This document shows, one piece after another, positions 23,645 to 24,000 of a DNA stretch of 24,000 bases. A program made the translations under genes and the position numbers. The stretch is from the NCBI RefSeq assembly GCF_041877255.1, contig NZ_JBHDLJ010000016.1, positions 31,789 to 55,788 of the forward strand, read 5' to 3'. Source of the DNA: Arthrobacter halodurans. GTDB lineage: Bacteria; Actinomycetota; Actinomycetes; Actinomycetales; Micrococcaceae. Position 1 is the stretch's first letter. Every line of letters starts with the position of its first letter. The notes under the pieces were generated by a model. That model saw only the letters and a program-made list of their open reading frames with translations. It ran no database searches and had not been told where the DNA came from.

Positions 23645-24000
23645 CCACAGGACCCCGGGGCGTGCCGGCGTGCGACCGGTCCGAGGAAGACGTCTGGGAA
23701 CGCCTCGATCTCCCGCCCGACGGGCACGAGGCCTCCTGCCCGCACTGCCAGGAGCAGCGACGGCGCCTGCAGCCGCTCCTCCAGGCCACGCGGGGGCTGC
23801 GGGGCACCCCCGAGCAGGAGACCGAGGAGGACGCCGTGCTCGAGCGGGTCCGCCGCTCGGTCATGGACGGCATCCGCGCCGAGATCCGCCGCGGCCGCCG
23901 CATCCGCGTGCGGCTCACCCCGCGCGGCCCCGTCGACGTCAGCGTCTACGTGCTGAACGAGGTCATCCGCCGCGCCGCCGACACGATCGACGGGATCGAA
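23641..24000 (+). CDS. putative anti-sigma factor with a ZAS-like zinc motif and the start of an Asp23/Gls24-like domain (3' end outside window)
   Basis: This ORF is absent from the ORF track because it has no stop within the window. I translated it by hand. The ATG at 23641 overlaps the sigma stop as ATGA. It reads MTTGPRGVPACDRSEEDVWERLDLPPDGHEASCPHCQEQRRRL..., which contains H-x3-C-x2-C. The later sequence VDVSVYVLNEVIRRAADTIDGIE is Asp23-like. Confidence 0.6.
   Translation, partial: MTTGPRGVPACDRSEEDVWERLDLPPDGHEASCPHCQEQRRRLQPLLQATRGLRGTPEQETEEDAVLERVRRSVMDGIRAEIRRGRRIRVRLTPRGPVDVSVYVLNEVIRRAADTIDGIE

Noticed and set aside
1-24000. Search for CRISPR arrays, tRNA/rRNA genes, IS elements, integrases or island boundaries around the biosynthetic locus
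   Set aside because: I saw no spaced repeats, no cloverleaf-like or rRNA-like segments, no transposase or integrase ORFs, and no flanking direct repeats. The only lower-GC patches are the two promoter regions, so horizontal acquisition cannot be argued from this window.

Overview
High-GC (about 70% or more) actinobacterial chromosomal DNA, densely coding, with no rRNA, tRNA, CRISPR or mobile elements that I can see. The left half (1-13.1 kb) holds ordinary genes. These are the 3' part of a fused two-domain peptide-type ABC ATPase on the plus strand, and a convergent minus-strand SBP-permease-permease operon with no ATPase of its own. They are followed by an ABC1/UbiB-family kinase, azlD with a 5'-truncated azlC, an AI-2E transporter, a DUF2254 membrane protein, an AlaX-type tRNA editing protein, a glycerophosphodiesterase and a DUF445 protein. 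The interesting part is 13.2-22.3 kb. A small SARP/BTAD regulator is transcribed divergently from an aspartate kinase paralog. Next come an EctB-type diaminobutyrate--2-oxoglutarate transaminase and, joined to it by an ATGA overlap, a 1361-aa single-module NRPS. That NRPS has the epsilon-poly-L-lysine synthetase (Pls) architecture: A domain, PCP, then three repeats of two TM helices plus a hexapeptide-repeat soluble domain, with no canonical C or TE domain. A lipoprotein M28 peptidase converges on its 3' end. Both promoter regions in this cluster carry three ATAACG-like direct repeats at exact 11-bp spacing, followed at an identical distance by a TCAA(C/A)T hexamer. This is the geometry expected for SARP operators. 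I interpret the locus as a candidate pathway for a cationic homopoly(amino acid), most likely poly(2,4-diaminobutyrate), with its own precursor supply. The right end encodes a small-multidrug-export-like membrane protein and an ECF sigma factor with a ZAS-like anti-sigma factor that runs off the window. Many long ORFs in the six-frame track are high-GC shadow ORFs and are not called.
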